DNA of 35,949 nt from a virus (lineage: Duplodnaviria; Caudoviricetes), in IMG/VR virus record IMGVR_UViG_3300025803_000038, positions 1 through 35,949 of that record. One strand, 5' to 3'. Positions 1 through 8,457 of the stretch are shown here, piece by piece (positions within the stretch are counted from its first letter, which is position 1; each line of letters opens with the position of its first letter). The position numbers were made by a program, and so were the translations under genes. Under the pieces are notes generated by a model. It had not been told where the DNA came from. It worked only from the letters and a program-made list of their open reading frames with translations, and made no database searches.

Positions 1-952
1 TTTGGATATATTTATCCTCATCAACAAAATCAACACTCTCTGCTAACACTTTGAATTTTTCTTTCTGTGTTTCAGTTAGTGATTCAGAAGCCTCAGCTAC
101 AAGCTCAGCCTTCGTGAATTCGGTCATTTGGGCTTTCATACTGGTGTTCTTTTCAATCTCTTCGTTAAGACGAGATTCAAGATCATCAGCACGAGCTGCG
201 AGTTCTTCAACAACATCTACTTTGTCATCTGGGATTTCAATGTAGTGCTCTACGAACAGCTCTTTAAGACCATTAATGAAACTTTCGGTAACTTCGGCTT
301 TAACACCAGTTTCTACCGCCAGCTTGTTTTCTTCCATCCAGTTCTCAACAACATAGTCGAGGTACTGGTCAAGCTGCTTAACAGTTTCTTCTTTCAGTTT
401 AGTTCTTTCAGCTTCAAGCTCTGATTCAATATCAACAACATACTTTTGAAGCTGCTCGTTTACTTTAGATACTACGGCTGCTTCAAAAATAGTCACTGCT
501 TTTTCTTTGAATTCTTCAGTCAGGCTGTCATCGCCAGCAAATAGAGCTGCAACATCTTCTTTGATGTCGATCTCTTCAGCTGTAACAGTATGACCTGCCT
601 TTACAACCTCAACAGCTTCTTCAGCGTCTTCGCTGATAGCTTCCTGAGCTTCAAGAGCATCAACCATACGGTCGAAAGAATTCATGAGATCTTCCTTTCT
701 CATACCATTCATTCTTTCTACCATAGCCTGTATCAAACCCATCTTAGTAGACTCTTTAACAGCGTCTGCTTTAGGCTTAACAGCGGTAGGTGCGTCTTGT
801 GGATCGTCGGTAACGTTCTTAGATTTACCAGGAGCTTTAGCCTTCTTGGCTGCCGGCTCAGGTACTTCTGAAGGGTCACCATAAGATGCTTTGAACTCAT
901 CCAACTGCTCGTCGGTGAGGTCTTCTCTCATCTCTAGTTCTTTATCAGACAT
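1..952 (-). CDS. gp22: Prohead core scaffolding protein (T4 gp22 homolog), 3'-truncated by the window edge
   Basis: Missing from the ORF track because it has no stop in the window. Manual translation from ATG at 952 gives MSDKELEMREDL...EEFKEKAVTIFEAAV...LDQYLDYVVENWMEENKLAVETGVKAEVTESFINGLKELFVEHYIEIPDDKVDVVEEL, which are typical gp22 motifs. AGGAG RBS at 961-965; follows gp21. Confidence 0.93.
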   Translation of the reverse strand, partial: MSDKELEMREDLTDEQLDEFKASYGDPSEVPEPAAKKAKAPGKSKNVTDDPQDAPTAVKPKADAVKESTKMGLIQAMVERMNGMRKEDLMNSFDRMVDALEAQEAISEDAEEAVEVVKAGHTVTAEEIDIKEDVAALFAGDDSLTEEFKEKAVTIFEAAVVSKVNEQLQKYVVDIESELEAERTKLKEETVKQLDQYLDYVVENWMEENKLAVETGVKAEVTESFINGLKELFVEHYIEIPDDKVDVVEELAARADDLESRLNEEIEKNTSMKAQMTEFTKAELVAEASESLTETQKEKFKVLAESVDFVDEDKYIQ

Positions 953-987
953 TTGCAGTTCTCCTTTATGGAATTTATTGCTTCTAT

Positions 988-995
988 TATTTATA
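988..995 (-). promoter_or_regulatory. T4-type (gp55) late promoter TATAAATA upstream of gp22
   Basis: Exact TATAAATA on the minus strand in the gp21-gp22 intergenic gap. Confidence 0.8.
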
Positions 996-998
996 AAA

Positions 999-1649
999 TC
1001 AAAGTTTTGAGATGAAGTCCTCAAAGATCTTTAACTTCGCAGTGGTCAGATCTCGCGTTGAGGTCTTACTAATTTCTTCTTTATAGTCATTAATCGTAGC
1101 TTCACGAATAATTCCGTTATCCCAAACCCACTCTTTACCTTCCATAATACCTTCAACAAATGCGTCAGGAGCAGATGGATCGGCTACAATGTCGCCTGCA
1201 GTAGCTAGGTAAAAATCGTTTTGAACTTCTGCAATACCAGACTTGTTTGGCTTAAGTGAACCCATACCGCGTGAAGATACGCCAATCGTTGCGCCTTCGT
1301 TCATTAAGTTCTTAACGATGTTACCCATTGGGGTATCCATAACTTTTGCTTTACCAATAAAGTTATCACCGTCCTGCTTTAGTTCAGTAATCATGTGGGA
1401 GACACGGTCCAGATTAATTGTTGGACCTGAGGGGTGGCCGAGCTCGCCAAAAGCTCTCTTACGGTCAATATATTCTTTTTGATAGCGTCCTACTTCTTTT
1501 TGAAGTACTTCCATAGGATAAACGCGACCATTTCTGTTCTTGAGATTACCTTGCATGAACACACCTTTAATATAGTGGTTCTTGCCGCCATCTTCTGTAG
1601 CCTCGGCAATGTACTCTAAGTCTTCGTTAATTTCGCATATGAGTTTCAT
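999..1649 (-). CDS. gp21: Prohead core protease (T4 gp21 homolog)
   Basis: Motifs NRNGRVYP, AFGELGHP, GVSSRGMGSL, DIVADPSAPDAFV; position before gp22. Confidence 0.97.
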   Translation of the reverse strand: MKLICEINEDLEYIAEATEDGGKNHYIKGVFMQGNLKNRNGRVYPMEVLQKEVGRYQKEYIDRKRAFGELGHPSGPTINLDRVSHMITELKQDGDNFIGKAKVMDTPMGNIVKNLMNEGATIGVSSRGMGSLKPNKSGIAEVQNDFYLATAGDIVADPSAPDAFVEGIMEGKEWVWDNGIIREATINDYKEEISKTSTRDLTTAKLKIFEDFISKL

Positions 1650-1650
1650 T

Positions 1651-1914
1651 TTAGTATCTCGCTACGCCTGTTGCTTTTACAGCTGCTACTGCTACTACGG
1701 TGTCTGTTGGCTCTTTAACAATAATTTCTGTTTGACCAGCTTCAACAACAACAGAACCTGCAGTACCGCCTCCATTTTCTGGACCCACAGTATTTGCTAC
1801 AGTAATTGTCTGCTCAGCTGAATCTGTATTAACAACACGGACCATAGTAGTAAGGCCCATATTGTTAGCTACACCTAACGATGCAGTTGTAGTTAGAAGC
1901 TTAATCGTCGCCAT
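1651..1914 (-). CDS. Small hypothetical beta-rich protein, possibly virion-associated
   Basis: 87-aa ORF tightly coupled to its neighbours in the head operon; GAGG/GAAGG-like RBS. Confidence 0.75.
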   Translation of the reverse strand: MATIKLLTTTASLGVANNMGLTTMVRVVNTDSAEQTITVANTVGPENGGGTAGSVVVEAGQTEIIVKEPTDTVVAVAAVKATGVARY

Positions 1915-2314
1915 TTACCTTCTCCTCAATAAACGAAGAAAAGCTCTCTTTAATCTTAGATGAACCTTGCATTACAGGAGCTTTTTCACCAGGTCTACCT
2001 TGTGTACGAGAATCTGGAGTTGCTGTTCCGCCAGGTTTAGTATCGGACGAGCCTTGCTTAACTACTGGTTCACCTGCAGCGTGCTTCTTACCAGCTACAT
2101 GTGCATCTGGGTTACCAGCTTTAACATCGCCGTTAAATTGAGCATCACCAGCTACAGGATGAGGTACCTTGGTTACCATATGTGCATTAGCAAAGTCCTC
2201 TTCTCCTTTAGAGCGAGGCTTATAACCTTTTACTTCCTTGTCGTCGTCTTTTTCGACTTTGTTATCTTGTGCAGGTGCACCAGGGGCTTCAAAGAGCTCT
2301 TTAAACTTCTTCAT
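1901..2314 (-). CDS. Hypothetical prohead core/internal protein (gp68-position gene)
   Basis: ATG at 2314 with GAGG RBS at 2321-2324. The N-terminus MKKFKELFE resembles T4 capsid-targeting leaders; low-complexity charged body. Confidence 0.7.
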   Translation of the reverse strand: MKKFKELFEAPGAPAQDNKVEKDDDKEVKGYKPRSKGEEDFANAHMVTKVPHPVAGDAQFNGDVKAGNPDAHVAGKKHAAGEPVVKQGSSDTKPGGTATPDSRTQGRPGEKAPVMQGSSKIKESFSSFIEEKVNGDD

Positions 2315-2504
2315 CTGCAACCTCTTCTTGATCTTCGTAATCTTCTGATTCTGGTTCGTTTAGAAAACTTTGTGCAACTGCAACCTTTTCAACACCAATT
2401 CTTTCTTTTAGTTTATCTGCTAAGATAGCGCTCACAGCGTCTTGAAAACCAGCTGGGTTCTTATCGTATACTGAATCTACAGCGTCTTCAAATGGATTTG
2501 ACAT
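2301..2504 (-). CDS. gp67: Prohead core protein, gp67-like
   Basis: 67-aa helical protein with acidic C-tail (KVAVAQSFLNEPESEDYEDQEE); first gene after a late promoter, between gp20 and gp21; AGGAG RBS. Confidence 0.65.
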   Translation of the reverse strand: MSNPFEDAVDSVYDKNPAGFQDAVSAILADKLKERIGVEKVAVAQSFLNEPESEDYEDQEEVADEEV

Positions 2505-2525
2505 TATATACTCCTTTTTTCTTTA

Positions 2526-2533
2526 TATTTATA
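2526..2533 (-). promoter_or_regulatory. T4-type late promoter TATAAATA upstream of gp67-like gene
   Basis: Exact consensus on the minus strand in the intergenic gap. Confidence 0.8.
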
Positions 2534-2537
2534 AGAA

Positions 2538-4256
2538 CTATTTTGTTAAGACAAAATTTCCACTACCAATGTAAAGGACTTCAATTTTCGTATAGAGACC
2601 TGTAGTAACTACCTCACCTGATGCAGCTCCATCAATTTGATTATTTTGTTGAGAGGCTATAGTGTCATTAGCAAACACAGATATTTGAATAGAATCTGTA
2701 CTTGTTCCTAAGAATGAATCTGCACCATCAAGTTTGACTATAATATTACCTGTACTAACAGGAAGAATAGTAAACTTGTCACCTTGTGTTAAGTTGCCTG
2801 ATGCGTCAATAGTAACAAAGACATTAGCAGAACTATTAACTACAAGCGCAATATTATGATTAGATGTATCTAATGTTGTGTTAGCAGTTATAGTTGATAC
2901 TGAATTCCTGACAACCGGGGTACCGAGAGCAAGTGTACCGGAACCATTGGTTAGTAGCGCTTGGCCGTTTGTACCATCAGATGTAGGATATGATAATCCA
3001 CCTAAAGTTGCTGTGTTAGCAGTAATAGAAGGTGATGTTATTGGACCTGTTAATGATAATTTTGTACCAGCAACAGCGCCAGTAAACGTTGCTCCCGCCA
3101 ACGGCGCATAAGTTGCAACAGCATTCGCTACTTGTAGTCTATCAAGTATTAAACTATTTTGAGCATTGTTAGATGATAGAGCTACAGACTTAGTTTCGAA
3201 CGTCTGGTTAACGTACGTATTAGCTGCTTTTGTACCTAGAGAGGTTAGTATTGTAGTTGAAAAGTTAGCATCATCACCTAATGCTGCAGCGAGTTCGTTT
3301 AATGTATTTAATGCTTCCGGTGATGAGTCGACAAGGTTTGCTATTTCTGTAGATACTAATGACGTTACATTAGCAACCTGCATCCTGTCTAATATAAGAG
3401 AATTTTGAGCGTTATTAGATGAAAGCGCTACTGCTTTAGTTTCAAATGTTTGATCTGTATAGCTTCTTATATTAGTATTAGATACACCGATTTGTGCATT
3501 AACGTACGTATTAGCAGCTGCATATGCTTTAGTAGCGTAAATAGCAGCAACATTAGCAACTTGTAGTCTATCATTAATAAGATTGTTTAATGCATTGTTT
3601 GATGATAATGCTACAGCTTTAGTTTCAAATGTTTGATTTGTATAGTTTCTAATATTAGTATTAGATGAGCCAATTTCAGAATTTATATATTGTCTTATAC
3701 TGGTATTAGAAGAACCAATTTGCGTGTTAATAAGAGTACGCAATGCCGTATTAGTAGCTAGTAATGCCGTCCAGGTTGCTTTATCTGAAACATCAATAGT
3801 AGCATCATACTCAGTACTATCACCTGTAGTAATCTTTAATGTATTATTACCTGATGTAAAGGCAACAGTTGAAATAGCTTTATTAGCAATATAGGTGTTT
3901 GTATTACCTAGTTGTGCTAATGTTGAATATGTTGCTATAGCATTTGCTACTTGTAGTCTATCATTAACAAGATTTACTATAGCATTGTTTGTTGTTAATG
4001 CAGTATCCTTGGTAACATATAAAACTGCAGCGTTTGCTACTTGCAAGTATCCTGTTAGATCGCGTTGAGCATCAGCTGCCCATTCTACAGCAGTACCAGC
4101 GTCGTTAACTTTTAAAATTTGGCCTGCAGAACCAAGCGTTGTAAGACCAGTACCGCCATGCTGATAACCAACTGCTTCACTGGACTGGAATTCAGACAAA
4201 CCAACTGCGTTGTTGGAATTGTCGTAAACCGTCCTAATAGGTACTTTAATAGCCAT
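2538..4256 (-). CDS. Fibre protein with internal repeats
   Basis: 572 aa, rich in A/N/T/S. Contains the phage fibre motif LVDSSPEALNTLNELAAALGDDANF, GGTG and YPTSDGTNGQALLTNGSGTL fibre motifs, and a C-terminal beta domain. Confidence 0.8.
   Translation of the reverse strand: MAIKVPIRTVYDNSNNAVGLSEFQSSEAVGYQHGGTGLTTLGSAGQILKVNDAGTAVEWAADAQRDLTGYLQVANAAVLYVTKDTALTTNNAIVNLVNDRLQVANAIATYSTLAQLGNTNTYIANKAISTVAFTSGNNTLKITTGDSTEYDATIDVSDKATWTALLATNTALRTLINTQIGSSNTSIRQYINSEIGSSNTNIRNYTNQTFETKAVALSSNNALNNLINDRLQVANVAAIYATKAYAAANTYVNAQIGVSNTNIRSYTDQTFETKAVALSSNNAQNSLILDRMQVANVTSLVSTEIANLVDSSPEALNTLNELAAALGDDANFSTTILTSLGTKAANTYVNQTFETKSVALSSNNAQNSLILDRLQVANAVATYAPLAGATFTGAVAGTKLSLTGPITSPSITANTATLGGLSYPTSDGTNGQALLTNGSGTLALGTPVVRNSVSTITANTTLDTSNHNIALVVNSSANVFVTIDASGNLTQGDKFTILPVSTGNIIVKLDGADSFLGTSTDSIQISVFANDTIASQQNNQIDGAASGEVVTTGLYTKIEVLYIGSGNFVLTK
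3117..4049 (-). repeat. Intragenic repeats: (L/M)QVAN x5 and QTFETKxVALSSNNAxNxLIxDR x3
   Basis: Seen in the protein at aa ~70-380; near-identical DNA copies at ~3436-3483 and ~3619-3665. Confidence 0.85.
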
Positions 4257-4265
4257 TATGCTGCC

Positions 4266-5723
4266 TTAAAATAAAAATTGTGCAGTCTTAACTGCTTGAT
4301 CTAGTTGTGATCCATTATTTAGGTAGAAATTAGTGAACACTTTTACGTCAGAATCTACACGAAATGAAAAGGTATTCGCTGCAGTACCTAGACCTGAAGC
4401 TTGTGTATATAAAGGAACATCTAGTTCAACTGCTCCGGATTGCGCGCCAACAACTGCTATGTTCTTTTGTACAGCACCAGACGTAGTTATTCTGGAATTA
4501 GCCGGTAGAACAGCTCCGGTTGCAGATATATCAATTCTACCTGAACCATCAGAGGATATAGTAGCACCGCCAAGATTAATTGTTTGACCAGAAAGATATA
4601 AATCTCTCCATCTTAATTCTGTAGTACCAAGATCAAGAGTGTTGTTTGATGTGGGAACTATATTTGTAGTTACTGCTGTAAGATCAGTTGATCCACCACC
4701 TGATGTTGTAGATATAATGTATGCGCTAGAATTTGATGTAACGGTAACATTGTTACCTGCTACTACTATTTTATTATTTGCTACTTGTAGATATTGATCT
4801 AAATTAGGTAAATCTGTTAGATCATTATATGAAGAAGCGCCTCCACCGCCGGATACAGTTGCACCTACAAACTTACCTGATGCTGCATCATACTTAAGAT
4901 ACTTTCCATCTACCTTTGCTGTTGCTCTATCTACATCATCTAAGAACTCTAATCTAACTTCACCGCCACCTGATGAGCTACCTCCGCCCATATTAAGTCT
5001 GGTTACTTGAGCAGTTACAGAGCCTTTGAGATCTTCGAAAAGTTTTTTAAGATTTTTCTCTATAGGTGCAACGTCTGGTGTATCACCGTCGCGTCCAGGA
5101 TCACCTTTCTCACCTTGCGGTCCTTGTTCACCCTGATCGCCTTTTAGACCAGGTGGCCCAGCAAGACCCATCTCGCCACGATCACCTTTATCACCTTTTA
5201 AACCTTGCGGTCCTTGTTCGCCTTTCTCTCCTTGCGGGCCTGTTGCTCCCACATCACCATCACGGCCCCTTTCTCCTTGATCTCCTTGCTCACCTTTCTC
5301 GCCTTTTTGCCCACGAATACCTTGCGGACCTTGGAGACCAATCGAGCCAACTTCGCCTTGATCACCTTTATCTCCTTTTTCACCTTTTTCGCCCTGGGGC
5401 CCCTGAATACCTTGCTCACCTTGATCACCCTTCTCACCTTGAGGACCTTGTAAACCTACTTCACCTTGTATACCTTGTTCACCTTGTGGACCGATTGGAC
5501 CTTGTTCGCCAATCAAGCCACGCGGACCTACAGGACCTGATCTACCCTCAGGACCTTCTGGACCTTGAGGACCTTCGGGTCCTTCTACAAGAATTGGTTG
5601 GTGGAGGTTGTCAAGCTCTTCACGTAGCTCTTTAATTAGTTCTTCGCGAACTTTACTGCTTTCTTTTTTAAGTACACCTAAAAGAGCACCTAAGAGCTTA
5701 GCCTCATCCAGTACTTGACTCAT
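4266..5723 (-). CDS. Collagen-like fibre protein
   Basis: N-terminal coiled coil, 56 uninterrupted G-X-Y triplets, [14 protein letters not shown] linker, fibre motif [25 protein letters not shown]; start overlaps the gp20 3' end by 20 nt. Confidence 0.9.
   Translation of the reverse strand: MSQVLDEAKLLGALLGVLKKESSKVREELIKELREELDNLHQPILVEGPEGPQGPEGPEGRSGPVGPRGLIGEQGPIGPQGEQGIQGEVGLQGPQGEKGDQGEQGIQGPQGEKGEKGDKGDQGEVGSIGLQGPQGIRGQKGEKGEQGDQGERGRDGDVGATGPQGEKGEQGPQGLKGDKGDRGEMGLAGPPGLKGDQGEQGPQGEKGDPGRDGDTPDVAPIEKNLKKLFEDLKGSVTAQVTRLNMGGGSSSGGGEVRLEFLDDVDRATAKVDGKYLKYDAASGKFVGATVSGGGGASSYNDLTDLPNLDQYLQVANNKIVVAGNNVTVTSNSSAYIISTTSGGGSTDLTAVTTNIVPTSNNTLDLGTTELRWRDLYLSGQTINLGGATISSDGSGRIDISATGAVLPANSRITTSGAVQKNIAVVGAQSGAVELDVPLYTQASGLGTAANTFSFRVDSDVKVFTNFYLNNGSQLDQAVKTAQFLF
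5079..5582 (-). repeat. Collagen (Gly-X-Y)56 repeat
   Basis: Counted from GPE (aa 48) to GDT (aa 215). Confidence 0.95.
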
Positions 5724-7371
5724 CGTACTTGTCTTCTTCGTAATCTGTTGACAATGAATTATAGAACCTTGTCATACTTTCAACAAGCGTTTTTTCTTCT
5801 TCTGATAAGTTCTTCCCTCTGTTATCAGTAACCTCAATAGGATTCTCTGGCTCAAATTCTTCCTGAGACGGTTGAGGTGCTGGTTCAGAGTCAAACTGCA
5901 TCATATCTTCTTCATCATCTTTTTCCATATCAATTTCGCGTCCAATGATAGCGATTTCATCTTCTGTCATTCTTAAAACGTTTTTACGAACCCAAGACAT
6001 TGAGAAATACTTACCTACTAGAGGATCTATCTCACCAAGCAGTCTCAATCTTTCAGTCATAATCTCTGCTTGTTTGAGCTCTTCGAAGTGATTATCATTA
6101 GCAAAGTTATAGGTAAGAGAGTTTTGAATTTCTTTCCATTCAGCTCTAGTCATTACACCTTTTAATGCAAGATGTATTTCAAGTAACTGATCGAAAAGAA
6201 CTGCAAATTTATTTCTGATTCTGTTAATAAATTTCTGGAATTTAATTTCGTCTCTTGATATTTCTGTTGATCTACCAATATTGAAATTAACTTCAGCCTC
6301 CATTCTACTAACAGGAACGTTCAATGACTTAAGAAGCTTCTTCTGGAAGTAAAGTACATCTTCCATCTCACCAAGATTCTGTCCACCTGGCAGTGTAGTA
6401 ATCTCTGTACCTCTACCACCTTCTCTTCTTGGCAACCAAAAGTCTTCAAGCATAGTCATATGACGTCTATCGTCTCTTACTTCACCTGTTGATGCATCGT
6501 ATACTAATTTGTTCTTATGTTTTACCATCATATCACGTAAGTACTGCTCTGCTTTCATCTTTGGCAGATTACCTACGTCGATATAGAAAATTCTTCTCTC
6601 TGGGGCCCTTGACAACCTATAGATAACTACAGCGTCTTCTAGCATTCTTAGTTGATTGAGAGGCTTGATAGCTTTATGAAGATATCCAAGAACCATTTTG
6701 TTTCTGGAATCTACAAGACCTGAAGGAACATAACAAATACTATCAGGGGCTATTTTTATGCCTTGTTGATTATTTGTTGAGCCTTTTGGATTGTATACGT
6801 AGAATTCTTTAACGTTAGGATAAAGATCATTACCTGTACGAGCATCTGTTTTCTTTTTCTGCTCGCGCATTTTACGAATTTTACGCGGATCAATATAGCG
6901 AAGCTGTTTTATACCTTCACGAGGATTACTTTTATCAATTACTAGTTGATAGTAAATTCGACCATCTACATACCAGCGTCTAAAGATTTCGTAACCTTTG
7001 TTACCGAAATCCATCATTTGCATAAGATTGTCAAATTCTTCTTTAATTAATTTTTTGACGCGTGAGGAAAGATTAGTCTCGTCTAAGACTATTTCAACAG
7101 GATAGGCGTTGTTTTCCATAATAATAGCATCATTAATAATATCTTCCACAGCTTGATCACACTCAGGCTGTAGAACCATTTCACGGTATCTAGTCACAAG
7201 ATCAGCTTCTGTCTTTGCAGATGCTTCTAAGTCTAAGTATGTGCCGTAGATACCACCAGGAGCAATTTCTGTTACTGCTTCTTCCTGGTTTTGAGGTACA
7301 ATAGCTTGAAGATTTTCTAACTCTTTTTCTTCAGCTGATGTCCTTGTTATCTCAAATCCAAACAGTTGCAT
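5704..7371 (-). CDS. gp20: Portal vertex protein (T4 gp20 homolog)
   Basis: Motifs FRRWYVDGR, LRYIDPRKI, NQLRMLEDAVVIYRLSRAPERRIFYIDVGNLP, EDFWLPRREGGRGTEITTLPGG. Confidence 0.98.
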   Translation of the reverse strand: MQLFGFEITRTSAEEKELENLQAIVPQNQEEAVTEIAPGGIYGTYLDLEASAKTEADLVTRYREMVLQPECDQAVEDIINDAIIMENNAYPVEIVLDETNLSSRVKKLIKEEFDNLMQMMDFGNKGYEIFRRWYVDGRIYYQLVIDKSNPREGIKQLRYIDPRKIRKMREQKKKTDARTGNDLYPNVKEFYVYNPKGSTNNQQGIKIAPDSICYVPSGLVDSRNKMVLGYLHKAIKPLNQLRMLEDAVVIYRLSRAPERRIFYIDVGNLPKMKAEQYLRDMMVKHKNKLVYDASTGEVRDDRRHMTMLEDFWLPRREGGRGTEITTLPGGQNLGEMEDVLYFQKKLLKSLNVPVSRMEAEVNFNIGRSTEISRDEIKFQKFINRIRNKFAVLFDQLLEIHLALKGVMTRAEWKEIQNSLTYNFANDNHFEELKQAEIMTERLRLLGEIDPLVGKYFSMSWVRKNVLRMTEDEIAIIGREIDMEKDDEEDMMQFDSEPAPQPSQEEFEPENPIEVTDNRGKNLSEEEKTLVESMTRFYNSLSTDYEEDKYDESSTG

Positions 7372-7386
7372 TTCTTACCTCGGAAT

Positions 7387-7422
7387 AAAAAAAAGGGGCA
7401 CTACCATATATTTAGTACCCCT
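7387..7422 (-). terminator. Rho-independent terminator after gp18-gp19-ORF135
   Basis: Minus strand reads AGGGGTACTA-AATATATGG-TAGTGCCCCT-T-tract: a 10-bp stem (one G:U) followed by a U run. Confidence 0.85.
7409..7416 (-). promoter_or_regulatory. Putative late promoter variant ACTAAATA for gp20, embedded in the terminator hairpin
   Basis: TAAATA core; the only late-like motif between the terminator and the gp20 start. Confidence 0.5.
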
Positions 7423-7443
7423 CTTAACCATAGAATTTTCTAA

Positions 7444-7851
7444 TTAAAGCGCAAAAATCTTGCTTGCACCACTAGAGAATCTTACAGTAATATCACCACC
7501 GTTAGGTAAGATAGGCAAACCGGTTGCAGTATCGATATATGCAATTAGTCTTGATGCAGCGTTGCCAGCCTCTGGGTCTTGGTGAAACAATATTAACGCT
7601 TCACAGTTAGCACCTACAACTGTGGTAAATGTGACATCTGCAGCATCGAAAACTCCACTGGTAATAGTTTTACTTGCAAGATTAGCTTCTGCAACAACCG
7701 AAGTGTTAGGAATATCAGCTCTATCTTCGTGTGCGGAACTATATGTGTATATGTCGGTATCGATCAGCGCAAGCGTGATCGTGTTACTAGACATATTCAA
7801 ATTACCAGCAAGAAAATCTTCTTTGGCTTTTGGGTATAGTACGTTTGCCAT
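7444..7851 (-). CDS. Hypothetical structural protein (minor tail/fibre-subunit-like)
   Basis: 135 aa with GGAG RBS. Motifs GVFDAADVTF and LIAYIDTATGLPILPNGGDITV...KIFAL, which I recall from small virion proteins of unrelated phages (not search-verified). Confidence 0.75.
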   Translation of the reverse strand: MANVLYPKAKEDFLAGNLNMSSNTITLALIDTDIYTYSSAHEDRADIPNTSVVAEANLASKTITSGVFDAADVTFTTVVGANCEALILFHQDPEAGNAASRLIAYIDTATGLPILPNGGDITVRFSSGASKIFAL

Positions 7852-7874
7852 TTAGTTTCTCCGTTTAAATAATA

Positions 7875-8420
7875 TTACGCTGTACCTGCGGTTCCGGTGT
7901 TGCCACCTACTACACGCCAGTAGTCGTATTGGAATGTTACGGCATATTCTTGAATGCCCTCTGCATCCCAGCTCAAATCAATTGGTGCAATATCTGAACA
8001 CCAAATACCATCGAACTCATAAGTTCTTAGTACTGTACCGTCTTTAGCAAACTGCTTTACAATCGCCGTAGACTTATATGATGCTGGTGTGTTACCTGTA
8101 GTTCTTAGATTACCTTCAAATGTATTAATTTCGTTATTCCACTGCTCGATTGCATTTCTGATCAGGAAATCTTCGTCGTTAATAATTGTTGGGGTCCAAG
8201 CATCGAACGTTCTGTTTCCTGCAAGCTTAACTTGGCGACCAAAGTATGATACAGGAATCGTACCTACTGTTGCACCAGGTATCTGAGCTGCTCTACACAT
8301 AAACGGTACTTTCAGATCTCCAGCTGCATTGACTGGATTAAAGATCTGAACTTCGAACAAGGAGGGGCGGGCCCCTCCAAATTCTAATTGACCTCTAAAA
8401 TCACTTACGTTAAAAGCCAT
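7875..8420 (-). CDS. gp19: Tail tube protein (T4 gp19 homolog)
   Basis: GGARPSLFEV, FMCRAAQIPG, GRQVKLAGNRTFDAW, VTFQYDYW; follows the sheath gene. Confidence 0.96.
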   Translation of the reverse strand: MAFNVSDFRGQLEFGGARPSLFEVQIFNPVNAAGDLKVPFMCRAAQIPGATVGTIPVSYFGRQVKLAGNRTFDAWTPTIINDEDFLIRNAIEQWNNEINTFEGNLRTTGNTPASYKSTAIVKQFAKDGTVLRTYEFDGIWCSDIAPIDLSWDAEGIQEYAVTFQYDYWRVVGGNTGTAGTA

Positions 8421-8445
8421 TGTTCTGTTCTCCTTATTGTATCTC

Positions 8446-8453
8446 TATTTATA
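8446..8453 (-). promoter_or_regulatory. T4-type late promoter TATAAATA upstream of gp19
   Basis: Exact consensus in the gp18-gp19 gap. Confidence 0.8.
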
Positions 8454-8457
8454 CCTG

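Noticed and set aside
3117-4049. Near-identical DNA repeats as a possible CRISPR array or DGR template/variable pair
   Set aside because: The repeats are in-frame protein repeats with mostly synonymous differences, not regularly spaced and not adenine-specific; no reverse transcriptase or cas gene is in the window.
5079-5582. The collagen domain as the obvious prolyl-4-hydroxylase substrate
   Set aside because: Only 2 of 56 triplets have Pro in the Y position and the gene is about 12 kb from the oxygenases; it is not excluded as a Lys-hydroxylation target.
5066-5635. Overlapping ORFs in the collagen region
   Set aside because: By-products of G-X-Y codon periodicity.
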